A stretch of 64,000 nt of DNA from the human T2T-CHM13v2.0 reference genome, Homo sapiens, in the NCBI RefSeq assembly GCF_009914755.1, contig NC_060929.1, one strand, 5' to 3'. Both the position numbers and the translations under genes were made by a program. Under the pieces are notes generated by a model. That model made no database searches. It was not told the origin of the DNA and was given only the letters and a program-made list of their open reading frames with translations. This document shows, in pieces, positions 34,071 to 46,503 of the stretch. How positions within the stretch are numbered: position 1 is the stretch's first letter; each line of letters starts with the position of its first letter.

Positions 34071-35779
34071 ATAGTGACTCAGTCTAGTTAAATCATCTTA
34101 AAGTAGATTTGGTACACACAATATCGTGTTGTCAATTTGTTTGTACAAAAGTTAGTGATTTGCCAAAAAGTGTAATGTCGGTAAGTCCTATCTCATTTTA
34201 CAGTCCACGGGTTTATCCCTAAGTTTTATTCCAATCTATAGGATATTTCTTGCCCTGATAGTATATGAGAGGAAAATAAAAACCAGAAACCTTACATTTT
34301 TAATGAAATATGAACATTTTGTGGGGAGGAGAGTGTCAGTCATTCAACACACATTTATAGAGTGCCTAGCCAAGCACTGTGTTGCTGCTGAAACTACAAG
34401 AATAGTTAGGGGAATGGATTTTTTTAAGTGTAAAATATATTAATATATTTAATATGTACTGTAAATATACAGTACATATTAATTCCTACACAAACTAAGG
34501 AACAAGTGAAGAAAGTCTCCAGTTATTACTTCTTATAAAAGTCTGCATATTTTATCCCACTAGGATCAATTTTCCAGTTAGAATTTAGATTATATTTGAT
34601 AGTTGAAGAAATGCTGGATTCTTTGGTCTATAATTGTGATTATAACTTAATTTATATTTTCTCTTTATAAAACTTTTCATATTTTTTAAAGCTTTGAAAT
34701 CCTTAGTCATTCAACAATTTGATATAAATCCCTTATATTTTCTTCTAGATGTGTACTGCTGATTTTTAACTCTAACTCTAAAGTGTTTGGGATTTGGTAG
34801 ATGATGAGTGAGACACTAAATAGATTTTCTCAAATGTTCAGTTAGTTTTCACAGCACCATTTATTGAATAATTTTCCATCCCACCATCTTTCTTTCTGAG
34901 AGATTTTATATGAGATGAATGTTGCACACCTTTTGGGCATCTGTCGAAATGATCATATGTGTTTTCTGATTTCACTGGCTGATATGATGTATTTGTATTA
35001 TAGTAATGGGTTCACATGTTTGCAATTATGTTATGAACTTAATTATTATGGTATAATCCTTAAGTTACTGTTGAATTAAGATTTTTAGTATTTAATTGAA
35101 GATTTTCTTTAGTTTTCATTTTAATAATTTTTTGGTTACATTTTAGTCTCAGAATTCTATTAGGCTAATAAAATGAATTGGATAATTTTTAACCATGTTT
35201 AACTTCTGAATAGCTTATAAAGCAGGGGAAAATGCCATTCCATAAAAGTTTGATGAAATGATCTGTCTGGACTTAGCAATATTTCAGAGTAATTCTTTAA
35301 TAATATTAAAAGTATGTATCTTTTAGTTGGTTGTTCTTGATCAACTATAAAAAGTTTGGATAAAAGAAAGTATGAGGAAGAGAAATTAATTACTTTCAAG
35401 CCCATCTTTCAGAGATAACATTTTGGTGTATTTCTTTCTAACCAATTTTTAAATAACAAAATTGGCATTATGATGTATTTTTTTCTGATTTTCTATACCA
35501 TATGTGCTTTTTCTCCTATAGTCTAATATCCTTTAAAACATATATATTTAAAAACAAGCATTCAATTGGTAGACATTTAAGTTTTTATTTCTTTGCAATT
35601 ATAAGTAGTACATCATTTTTCTATGAGTCACTCTAAAATATTTTAAAAGTCTGTTCACATCCTGAGTTCTATTAACTTACCTGAATAACCTATAATTTTT
35701 AATGATGGATTAATTTTGATTTACATTTAAAATTTAGAATTTCATCTGCACTTTGCTTTAGTGGATGTAATGTGAGATT

Positions 35780-36500
35780 GCAGTTTTGCATTCATTTATT
35801 TATCCAGTGAGTCATTCAGTGGATATTTATCAAGTACATATTCTATTAGGTGCTGATAAACCAAACATAGTCCTAGCTCTAGTGGAATTTACAGTTTAGG
35901 GAGTGAAGGCAGACATAAATCAAATAATCACACCAATAACATACAAATATAAACTGAGATAAGTGCCCAAAATGAAAGGAAATATGGGTTCCTTGGCAGC
36001 AGGGAGCATGATATCATTTAAAGTATTAGAAAGAGGACCAGAGTGGCTGGTGTTGGGCTGCAAGGTGGAGATAACTAAGAGACGAGACTGGAGAAGCAGG
36101 CAAGGATATGCCATGTAGAGCCTTGTGACTTATTAAGAATTTTAATCTTTATCTTAAGAGTAGTGAGAACTATTTAAAGATTTTAACAGCAGGTTAACAT
36201 GATCAAATTTATCACTATGGAAGCAGAAGAAAGAGTTGAGGGGATGAGTGTCTTTGTGGATGGCAGAAGCCCGTAAGCTATTATAGTAACACAGGCAAGA
36301 AATGATGGTAGCCATTTCTGGCTACGAATAATAATTGATGACTAAGTTGGTGTTGCTGGAGACAGGGAGAAGTAGACAGATTTGATGGATATTTAGAAAA
36401 CAAAATGAGTAAGATTTGGTGATTGATTGAATGGGTGGGGTACTGGTCAGGGGATAAGGGAGAGAGGTATTAAGGAAGACCTCTAGATTTCTGGCTTGAA
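35780..36500 (-). mobile_element. L2 3' region
   Basis: CATTCATTTATTTATCC...CATAGTCCTAGCTCTAGTGGAATTTACAGTTTAG...TAGATTTCTGGCTTGA. Confidence 0.7.
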
Positions 36501-36712
36501 CAAAACTGGATTCACAAAAAGCCGTTTCCCAATATCATTTGTTAAATAGGCTATCATTCCTTCTTGGGTTATGACATATTGGAGTTTCTTCCAACTATCT
36601 GTACATTTCTATGGCAAATATGTTGCAACCATTTTAGTTTTACAATGTATTTCAATATTTAGAGAGACGAATACACTCCACCAAAACTCTTCTTTTTAAA
36701 AATATCTTTGTT

Positions 36713-37006
36713 GGCTGGGCATTGTGGCTCATGCCTGTAATCCTAGCACTTTGGGAGGCTGAGTCAGGAGAACTACTTGAGGCCAGGAGTTCAAGACAAG
36801 CTTGGGCAACATAGCAAGACCCATATCTACCAAAAAAAGTTATCCAGGGGTGGTGTTATGTGCCTGTAGTCCTAGCTATTCAGGAGGTGGAGGCAGGAAG
36901 ATTGCTTGAGCCCAAGATTTCAAGGCTACAGTGAGCTATGATCATGCCACTGCACTTCAGCATGGGCAACAGAGCAAGACCATGTCTCTAAAACAAACAA
37001 ACAAAA
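36713..37006 (+). mobile_element. AluJ
   Basis: Full diverged dimer with an (AAAC)n tail. Confidence 0.9.
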
Positions 37007-37172
37007 TATTTGTCTGTTTCCACCTATTATTCCATATGAAGTTTAGAATCTTTTTTCAATTGCTAAGAAAAAACCCTAGAAATTGAGAAGTTCTCTTTTA
37101 ATTTTTATAGCTCAGTATGAAGTTTTATTCATTTCTTTGTATAGATTTCACATATTTCTTGTTAGAATTATT

Positions 37173-37418
37173 CTTTTTTTTTTTTAAGATGGAGCAATCT
37201 CAGCTCACTGCCTCCCGAATTCAAGCAATTCTCATGCCTCAGCCTCCTGAGTAGCTGGGATTACAGGCGTGTGCCACCACACCCAGCTAATTTTTGTATT
37301 TTTAGTAGAGACAGGGTTTCACCATGTTGGCCAGGCTGGTCTAGAACGCTGACCTCAATCTGCCTGCCTGGGCCTCCCAAAGTGCTGGGATTACAGGCGT
37401 GAACCACCATGCCAGGGC
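37173..37418 (-). mobile_element. AluS with internal deletions
   Basis: Reverse-complement Alu, shortened in the right arm; flanks share AGAATTATTCT. Confidence 0.88.
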
Positions 37419-37499
37419 TCTTGTAAGAATTATTCTAAGTATTTTGTTATTAGTATTGTTATTGTAAATGCAATGGATTTAGTTTATTTTAATGCAATA

Positions 37500-38226
37500 A
37501 GGTGATAAGATTATGGAAGCTTGTTGAAGAAAGCCACAATGATGCTATCTCAGGTGTAAAACTTTTGGTAATTAAAGGGATCCCTCTTTGTCCGAACTCA
37601 AATACCTAACATGATTATATTTTCTGTTTGATGTTGCAAGCAAGATATCTGAATACACTGAACTTGAGACTGTAGAGAAAAAAGTAAGAAAATAGATGAG
37701 TCTGTGAAGGAACTATAGTTATTAATATTAATACCAGTACCTGGGGAGTTGGGTAGATGTTACTTGGAGCGTGCATTCATGTCCCATATCAGAACTGTCC
37801 TGTGCTAAATGGAATCACAGAATTTGAAGAACGGCTGAGCTATTTGGTAGAAATAAAATCTGAATTTCAGAAGAAATTCACTAGTTTTCATTAGCATGAA
37901 TTATGCTTTAAGTTTCTGCAGCTGACTAGAGAGATGTGTTTGAATTTTGTAAGCATCTGCCTTGTCAACATGGCTCTACTTCAAGAGGAATTGATTGAGC
38001 TGAAAGCAAACTCATATAATCTCTAGGATTTTTTTTAATGAACATATACATCATATATTACCATTCTGAAATTTCTGGCTCTGTAGTCAAATTCTTGCAA
38101 CATTAGAGTCTTCCAACTCTTTTAATGTATATTTTCTTTCCTGAAACTATGGAAATAAAATCTAAGGGCCACTTTCAATAATGTAAACCTGGACTGGGAA
38201 TTGAGATGGGCCCTGTCTATATTCAG
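37500..38226 (+). mobile_element. hAT (Charlie/Buster-type) transposase fossil, C-terminal dimerisation region
   Basis: Frameshifted plus-strand peptides EELIELKAN (~37985), VVKFL, MEIKSK and NVNLDWELRWALSIF (~38180-38225) occur in the order expected for the hAT C-terminal domain. Confidence 0.5.
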
Positions 38227-38241
38227 TTCCCCCCCCCCGCT

Positions 38242-39530
38242 TTTTTTTTTTTTTAACAGTTTCATTGAAATAGAATTCACATACCATACAATTCACCCAT
38301 TTAAAGTGTACAATTCAGTGGTTTTTAGTATATTCACAGATATGTGCAATCATCACTACAGTCAATTTTAGAGCATTTTCATTACCTCGGAAAGAAACTC
38401 TGTACCCTTTAGCTATTCCCCTGCCCACCCATGCTCCCACCCTCAGCTTTAAACAGCCAGTAATCTACTTTCTGTCTGCATAGATTTCCATATTCCATTC
38501 ATTTGAATGCAATCATATAACATATGGTCTTTTGTGACTAGCTTCCTTCACTTAACATAATGATTTCAGGATCCATTCATGTTGCAGCATGTATCAGTAC
38601 TTCATTCTTTTATATACCATAATATACCATTATATGGATACCATATTTTACTTTTGCATGTGTCAGTTGATGGACATTTGGGTTGTTTCCACCTTTTGGT
38701 GATTCTGAATAATGCTTCTGTAAACAAATGTGTACAAGTTTCTGTGTGGACATATGGTTTCATTTCTCTTGGGTATATACCTAGTAGTAGAATTGCTGGG
38801 TCATATAGTAACTAGATGTTTAATCACTTGAGGAACTGCCAGACTGTTTTCCAAAGTGGCTGCACCATTTTACACTCCTATCAGAATGTATAAGGTTTGC
38901 AGTTTTCCTCTATATCTTTGCCAATAATTGTTGTTATCTGACTTTTTTATTCTGGCTATCATAGTGAGAATGAAGCCTTGTAAGTGAAGAAGAATGAAAA
39001 CCTTGCAGTTTCTTTATTTGCTTTTCTCTGGTGATGTCAAGCATCTTTTCATGTACTTATTGGCCATTTGCATTTCTTCTTTGGAGAAATGTCTATTTAG
39101 ATTCATTGCCCATTTTAAGTGGGGTTATTTTTTATTAAGAGTTCGTTACATATTATAGACATAGATCCCTTATCAGATACATGATTTGCAAATATCTTTC
39201 CTATTCTGTGGATTTTTTCACTTTCTTGATGGTGTCTTTTGAACCACTAAAGTTTTCAATTTTGATGAAGTCCAGTTTATGGTGTTTTTGTTTGCTTGCT
39301 TCTGGAGGCTTGTGTTTTTGTTGTCATAGCTAAGAATCCTGTCAAATCCAAGGTTATACAAATTTATCCTTCTGTTTTTTTCTGAGAATTTTATAGGTTT
39401 TCTCTTACATTTAGGTCATTGATCCATTTTGAGCTAATTTTTGCAAAATGGTGTGAGGTAAGGGTCCCAGTCTTTTGCATGTGAGGTAAGGGTCCTAGTC
39501 TTTTGCAGTTGTCTCAGCACCATTCGTTGA
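38242..39530 (-). mobile_element. L1MB 3' end
   Basis: Poly(T), then ATTCACATACCATACAATTCACCCATTTAAAGTGTACAATTCAGTGG, and L1 ORF2-end antisense motifs. Confidence 0.88.
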
Positions 39531-39658
39531 ACAATAGCCTTTGGTTCTTGAACAAAGTTTGATCCGTTATATACCAGTATTCTCGCTGACTTCGAAATTA
39601 CTTGAAGGCTAGTACTTGGCCCATAATTTTACACCTTTGTATAAATAAACCTCATTAA

Positions 39659-40017
<359 letters not shown>

Positions 40018-40876
40018 TGAATAGCTAATAGGTTATAATTCTACTATTGTTATAATTTAAAATGTATGTGGCCCACATACATATGGATTTCTGATAGTTG
40101 TGATTCACTACTGGAAAACATGTAAACCTCTGAAATATGGCATAATCTTCACTTCCACCCTGTCATGCTAGTTTTTGTCTTACCACTAGGTGACATGAAC
40201 AATCAAGACTATATTTACCCTTGATTTAAAGGAACCAAAATGTGTGGGGATGGTGGGAACCAATGGTGAGTGGATAGATATTATGAGAAGGTTGGTAGTC
40301 AGATAAACGTGTTATGGAGGAGTGATGAAAGTGAAGCAGCAAGAATGGTCAGCAAGCGTGGGTTGCATTGGAGTTGCACCTTGGGGTGAGAACAGACAAA
40401 CTACTTGGAAAGTTTGCTGTAAGCTTTCTAGATGTGGGATGAAAGTATTATTAAGTTGAAAGTATTATTGTTAAGGAGATTTGCTGCTAAAAAATAAATT
40501 ATTAAATCATTTGACTGGTTACATTAACTTTCTCATTGATTCACCTTTCTCCACCCTCTCTTACATTCCATCCTTCCTTCATTCAGTTGCCCAAGCTTCT
40601 GTTTTCATTGAAATTACAAAAGCAATATATAGCCACCTCAAGAGTTCAGATGTGAAAGTTTTATGTCAATGAATATGAACATTTTTACAGCTCAATACAT
40701 ATTTCTAAATTGTATGAAATTTCCAAGTTCACCACACCTTATCCCTTTTGTGGGGTAATGTTATAGGTACTTCTTTTTATTGTTAATTGTAGAGTTATTC
40801 TAAAATGCAAATTTTATCATGATGTTATCCTGTAAGTAAAGTTCTTTCATATTTATTTGTTGAGTGTGGGGTAATA

Positions 40877-41088
40877 TCTGCCTCCCAGGTTCAAGCAATT
40901 CTTGTTCCTCAGCCTCCCAAGTAGCTGGGATTACAGGCATGCACCACCACACCTGGCTAATTATTGTATTGTTAGTAGAGATGGGGTTTCACCTTGTAGC
41001 CCGGTCTCAAACTCGTGACCTCAAGTGATCCGCCCACCTCGGCCTCCCAACGTGCTGAAATTATAGGCATGAGCCACCACGCCCCACC
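40877..41088 (-). mobile_element. AluS lacking its 3' end
   Basis: Reverse-complement Alu starting at CTGCCTCCCAGGTTCAAG, with no poly(T). Confidence 0.88.
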
Positions 41089-41979
41089 TAAGAATGTTAT
41101 CTGTCAATTTGGATATGCTAATTCAAAATCTTTAAGAAGCTCATATTCTGATATTCTTAGAATACAGTAATATTCCAAAAAAATAGGGAATTAGAGACTT
41201 ACTTATATTCAGAGGCATACTAAATTCTTATTAGTGAATGTAATAGCTACACTGTAGTCAGAATAGTTTTCAAACCAGTTTTATGGTAAGCATCTCCTAA
41301 AGAGCCAGATTTCACAACTATGATGTTTTACAGCAATATTGTATACAGAATGAAAATCCAAAAGATTTAATGTAAACACAAAATTAAACTTAAGCATGAT
41401 CATTTCTAAGCTCCTAGCCAAAATGGACATTCAAAAGTTTTTACAGAAATTCTGAAAGATGTGCAATATGTTCTTTAAATTAAAAATACTTTTCCATCTA
41501 TATTGTCAAATACTACTATAGCTCTTCTAAATTCATAATGTAAGCTATTTTCCCATACATCAAGCAAAAGTTACATCATTTGGCTAGATATGATTATAAG
41601 GAATCATCTGACTGTATTGGAGAAAGCTGATGAATGTCGATGTTAGAATTAGGAAGAAGGCAATGCCGAGTGTTAATTGTGCAGTTCTTGTAGAGTTAAT
41701 TGTAGGTGCTTTAGAAGCAGTACAGAATTCAACAGTGTAAGATGGAAAGAAGCTGATAAATCAGAAACATTACTATTAAATTTAGGTTTTGGTGCTGCTT
41801 TTTTAAAGAGAAAATAAAATATTTCAAATGTCTAGAGAAAAATGTTAAAAGCAGTATACATGTGTGGGTACAAATTCCTGACTAAACTTTTATATTTAAG
41901 TTTTTAGCAAAAGAGAAATTCTTTACTCAAACTTCCTGATTTTGTTCACTGGAAGCCACTTTTTTGATGCTTTTCCTAA

Positions 41980-42365
<386 letters not shown>

Positions 42366-42728
42366 AGAATCTTTTAGATTATTAAATGAAAACTAGATAA
42401 AACAGAAATACCTATACTACATATCATAGATGCTGAAATGTTGACTTTGGTGACAAAGTTACTAGTTTTTATTGGACTTTGACATGAGTTAACCCATTAC
42501 TATGTTTATCAATAAGGAATAGTTCATGGTAAAGCTATTGCACTTTATTAATTTAATGTTTAAAAGTTCATAATAGCTATTTTTCATGAGTGGAAACATT
42601 TAAAAGCTTAGGCTGTTTATGCAATTCTAATAGCCCATATTCATCACAACTCGTGTGTAAAGGAAACAAATAATTAGAAGTAGTAATACTGGTGGCATTG
42701 AGGGTTTTTTGGCATTAAAATGTCTCTA

Positions 42729-42852
42729 GGCTGGGCGCAGTGGCTCACGCCTGTAATCTCAGCACTTTGGGAGGCCGAGGCAGGCGAGATCGCACCACTG
42801 CAGCACTCCAGCCTGGGTGACAGAGACTCTGTCTTAAACAAACAAAAAAAAA
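42729..42852 (+). mobile_element. Alu with a large internal deletion
   Basis: 5' ~58 bp joined to the 3' end; perfect TSD AAAATGTCTCTA (42717-42728 and 42849-42860). Confidence 0.9.
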
Positions 42853-43025
42853 TGTCTCTAGGACTGATGAGCTGTACATCTTGGATATTATCGCTGTGAT
42901 TAACTGACTTGACACCAAATGCCAATTTATAAAATAATGCCAGTATAATATAGCATTATAAAAGAATATACCCTTCAAAAAGTTTAAAGTCTACTTTCTA
43001 GTACTCAAAATCAAATAATTTGCTT

Positions 43026-43432
43026 TTTATTTTTTATTTTTTGGCTGGAGATCGGAGTTTTATTATAACTCAAATCAGTCTCCTGGAGCATTTGGGGATC
43101 AGTTTTTAAGGATAATTTGGTGGGTGGGGGAAGGCAAGTGAATAGAGTGTGCTGATTGGTTGGGTTGGAGATGAAATCATAGGGAATTGAAGCAGTCCTC
43201 TTGCTCTGAATCAGTTCCTGGGTGGTGGCCACAAGATCAGATGAGCCAGTTTATTGATCTGGGTGGTGCCAGCTGATCCATCAAGTGCAGGGTCTGCAGA
43301 ATATCTCAAGCACTGATCTTAGGAGCAGGTTAGGGAGGGTCAGAATCGTGTAGCCTCCAGCTGCATGACTATTAAACTATAATTTCTAATCTTGTGCCTA
43401 ATTTGTTAGTCCTACAAAGGCAGTCTAGTCCC
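43026..43432 (-). mobile_element. LTR8-like (ERV1) fragment with poly(A) tail and long TSD
   Basis: GGAGTTTTATTATAACTCAAATCAGTCTCC...CTGATCCATCAAGTGCAGGGTCTGCA...TCCTACAAAGGCAGTCTAGTCCC; T-rich tail at 43026-43042. Confidence 0.8.
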
Positions 43433-45549
43433 ATAAATGATTTGCTTCTAAGTATCACTTTCTTGAAATCACTGGTGGCATACTGAATTTGTATGATTGT
43501 TCATATATCAATGAAATTAAATCTTTCAATAAAATTTAAGAAGTTTGTCTACTTCATAATGAAGATATGCTCCACGTCCTATGGAGATAGTGCTTAAGAA
43601 GTATATTTTTGAAAGGAATAAACACATGAGTAAAAGTATATATGGTATGTTTCCACAAACCTTGAAACGAGTAAGGGGCTAGACTAGCTAATTCATTTGG
43701 TTATTCAACTAAAAATGTTTGGGTCTTTACATTTATTTTGATGCAGTTAGCTAACGCTCAGCTCTTATACTTTTACTTCAAATAATATATAGATCACATC
43801 TATTCATTCAATATGCACCCATTCTATCAGGCATTTTGAAGTTCTTAGACAAAATTAAATAAACTGACATAATCACTTAGCTACTAGATTCCTCCAAACA
43901 TCTCTCACAAAACAGATATTACTTTATTTGTTGTGTTTATAAACAGTAGTGGAAACAATTCTGTTCTCTAATTTTAAGCTGAAAAATCATGTCCTTATTA
44001 ATTCACTGTAATAATTTTTTATTAAATTTTATCCCTTATTTCTTAGATTAAATGCACATAAATTTGATGTACAACTTTATAGTTTTAAAATGTGTCTATT
44101 TATGGCCTAATTTCAACTTTAAGTGAAAATGGAATTATTAAGAAATATTCACTGTTACATTTGGCTAGCAATTCATCATGGCATTAAGGTACTGTTTTCC
44201 ATGGTTTTTCCATCTTGGGTTATAATACTGAGACATTTCACTTGTATAGTTCTGCATTCAATTTTTCTTCCAATTTATTTCCTGCAAGGTAATTCTAAGT
44301 TATAATTGTCACTGTATCCTTATTTGATACATTGGTCGCCTTTCTCTCCTTATGACTGTCTTTTTGGTAAACTCAAAAAGTGAGCAGGGGCCATACAGTT
44401 AAATTCAAAACAGGAAGTCATATGATGTTCCTTTATACTCCTACCTTTCATGATTGACTTGGCTCCCTCTGCTGGTTAGTAATATAATTCCTTTCTTAGT
44501 TCAATAGGGTATGTGTTAACATTGGTGAAATATCTGGGGTGAATAAGCTTGGAGTTAGAGCTTCTTATATGTTGATTCTCTAGCAAATTTTGTGTTTAGC
44601 TAAGGTTTTAACCAACCTAGGCCTTACTTATCTATAATGGAAAGGGACTTGGTATCACATGCCTGAAAAACAAAATTTTTATTAATGCCGTCTTAAATAG
44701 ACTTGCCAACATTACAATACTGAAATCTACAAATAGCAAATAAAGTGAAAGAGTAATGAAATATTTAAATTGTATTAAAATATTTCAGTATAATATAATC
44801 CTTAACTTATTTGCTTTCTGGTTAGATACTTTTCATTCTACTCATGCAATATAATGCCTCCTTTTTAAATTCTATACACAATTTCTTCCTTCTTAAGTTT
44901 CCCCCTTTTAAATCCTATACACAAGTGTAAGTACATTTATTTAAATATATAGAATGAGTTGGATGGCAAATGAGAGTTACCTATTTAAGAACTTATTTAC
45001 TTTGGCTAGAGAGAAAACACTTATTGAAAGTTTATTTTTCGGAGGGAGAAAGAAGTTTCCACCATTTTCAGGGAGTAATTTGTTCCTATGATAATTACTC
45101 TGTGAAAGATAGAAATTTGCTTTGGTCTGACTTATTAATAAACACTTGTTTTAAGATTGAAGGGAAGGTGGGAAGAAATAGAAACAAACATATATTCTGC
45201 CCCATGTTTATTATTGTGCTGTATCGGACATTTTAGATTGGAAAATGTGCTACAACAGATCAGTAATAGTCACAGATCTACACACAACAAATGTAGGTCC
45301 ACTAGGAAAATAATTCCTCCTCACAACTTTAACCGTATTTGACATTTCTACTAACAACATAACTTTATTTCCTACCCTTTGCCTTAAGATTACCTTTCTG
45401 AAACCAGTATCAGATCTCTAAAATAGCCTGGTACTTCCTCTAAAATCCTTCACTAGTTCATAGGCAGTCAGATCTTTCTAACATTCCTTTTTTCCCCATT
45501 TTCTAAGGAAAATCTGAACTGTAGATTTTTAAAAACAAAAACAAACACT

Positions 45550-45775
45550 TTTTTTGGCCTGTAACCCACAATAAGGAATATGTTTTACAAGGTAATCTAA
45601 CACATATACACATGAACAAATGTTTACTTAAAAACACATACCCTTACCATCTGTGATGTACGCTTTTATTTTCTATTCTTTTCTCTATTTTAAATAAAAA
45701 ATGCTAGTCATAATGCAATAAATTAATTTCATGACCCATAGTGGTACCATAATCCACAGTTTAAAACACTGGTCT
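45550..45775. mobile_element. hAT-Charlie-like MITE
   Basis: AACCCACAATAAGGAATATGTTTTACA...AATTAATTTCATGACCCA...CCACAGTTTAAAACACTG. Confidence 0.45.
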
Positions 45776-46195
45776 GGAGCAGATGCTTTGACTGCAAGGT
45801 AACCTACTCAAGAATGCTGTTAAAATGAGCACCATAAGCCTCTCTTCATACCTATTTTAGATGTTTTAAGTTTTTAACAGATTTTATATTCTTCCTTCAT
45901 AAATACAGTAATTTTTTAAATGATGTTTTTCCAGATTAGTTCAGTATTAAAATACTTGACTAGTTTAACTCTGGTTCACATGCAGAGTATGTGTAGGTTC
46001 CAGAAAGATTAGGCTTTCATGAAACTTTATGGTCTTAAATAATTTTACATTAAAATACTTCAGAAGTGCATTTTTTGAGGCCCTTCCCTCTGTGTAATTC
46101 TTATGCATTACACAGTGAAACTTGTAGTATAATGTGGAACTGGTCACTTTGATTTAGTAACATAAGGTATAGATGCATGAAAACATAAACAGTAA

Positions 46196-46503
46196 GGCCA
46201 GGCACAGTGGCTCACGCCTGTAATCCCAACACTTTGGGAGGCCGAGGCCGGGGGATCACGAGGTCAGGAGATGGAGACCATCCTGGCTAACACGGTGAAA
46301 CCCCATCTCTACTAAAAGTACAAAAAATTAGCCGGGCGTGGTGGTGGGCGCCTGTAGTCCCAGGTACTGGGGAGGCTGAGGCAGAAGCATGGCGTGAACC
46401 GGGAGGCGGAGCTTGCAGTGAGCCGAGATTGCACCACTGCACTCCAGCCTGGGTGACAGAGCAAGACTTCGTCTAAAAAAAAAAACAAAAAAAAACAAAA
46501 AAA
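46196..46503 (+). mobile_element. AluY
   Basis: GAGACCATCCTGGCTAACACGGTG, ATGGCGTGAACC and GCGGAGCTTGCAGTG; flanks share CATAAACA. Confidence 0.93.

Noticed and set aside
44860-44924. Short direct repeat TTTTAAAT(T/C)CTATACACAA, two copies
   Set aside because: Only two ~20-bp copies; ordinary local duplication, not an array.
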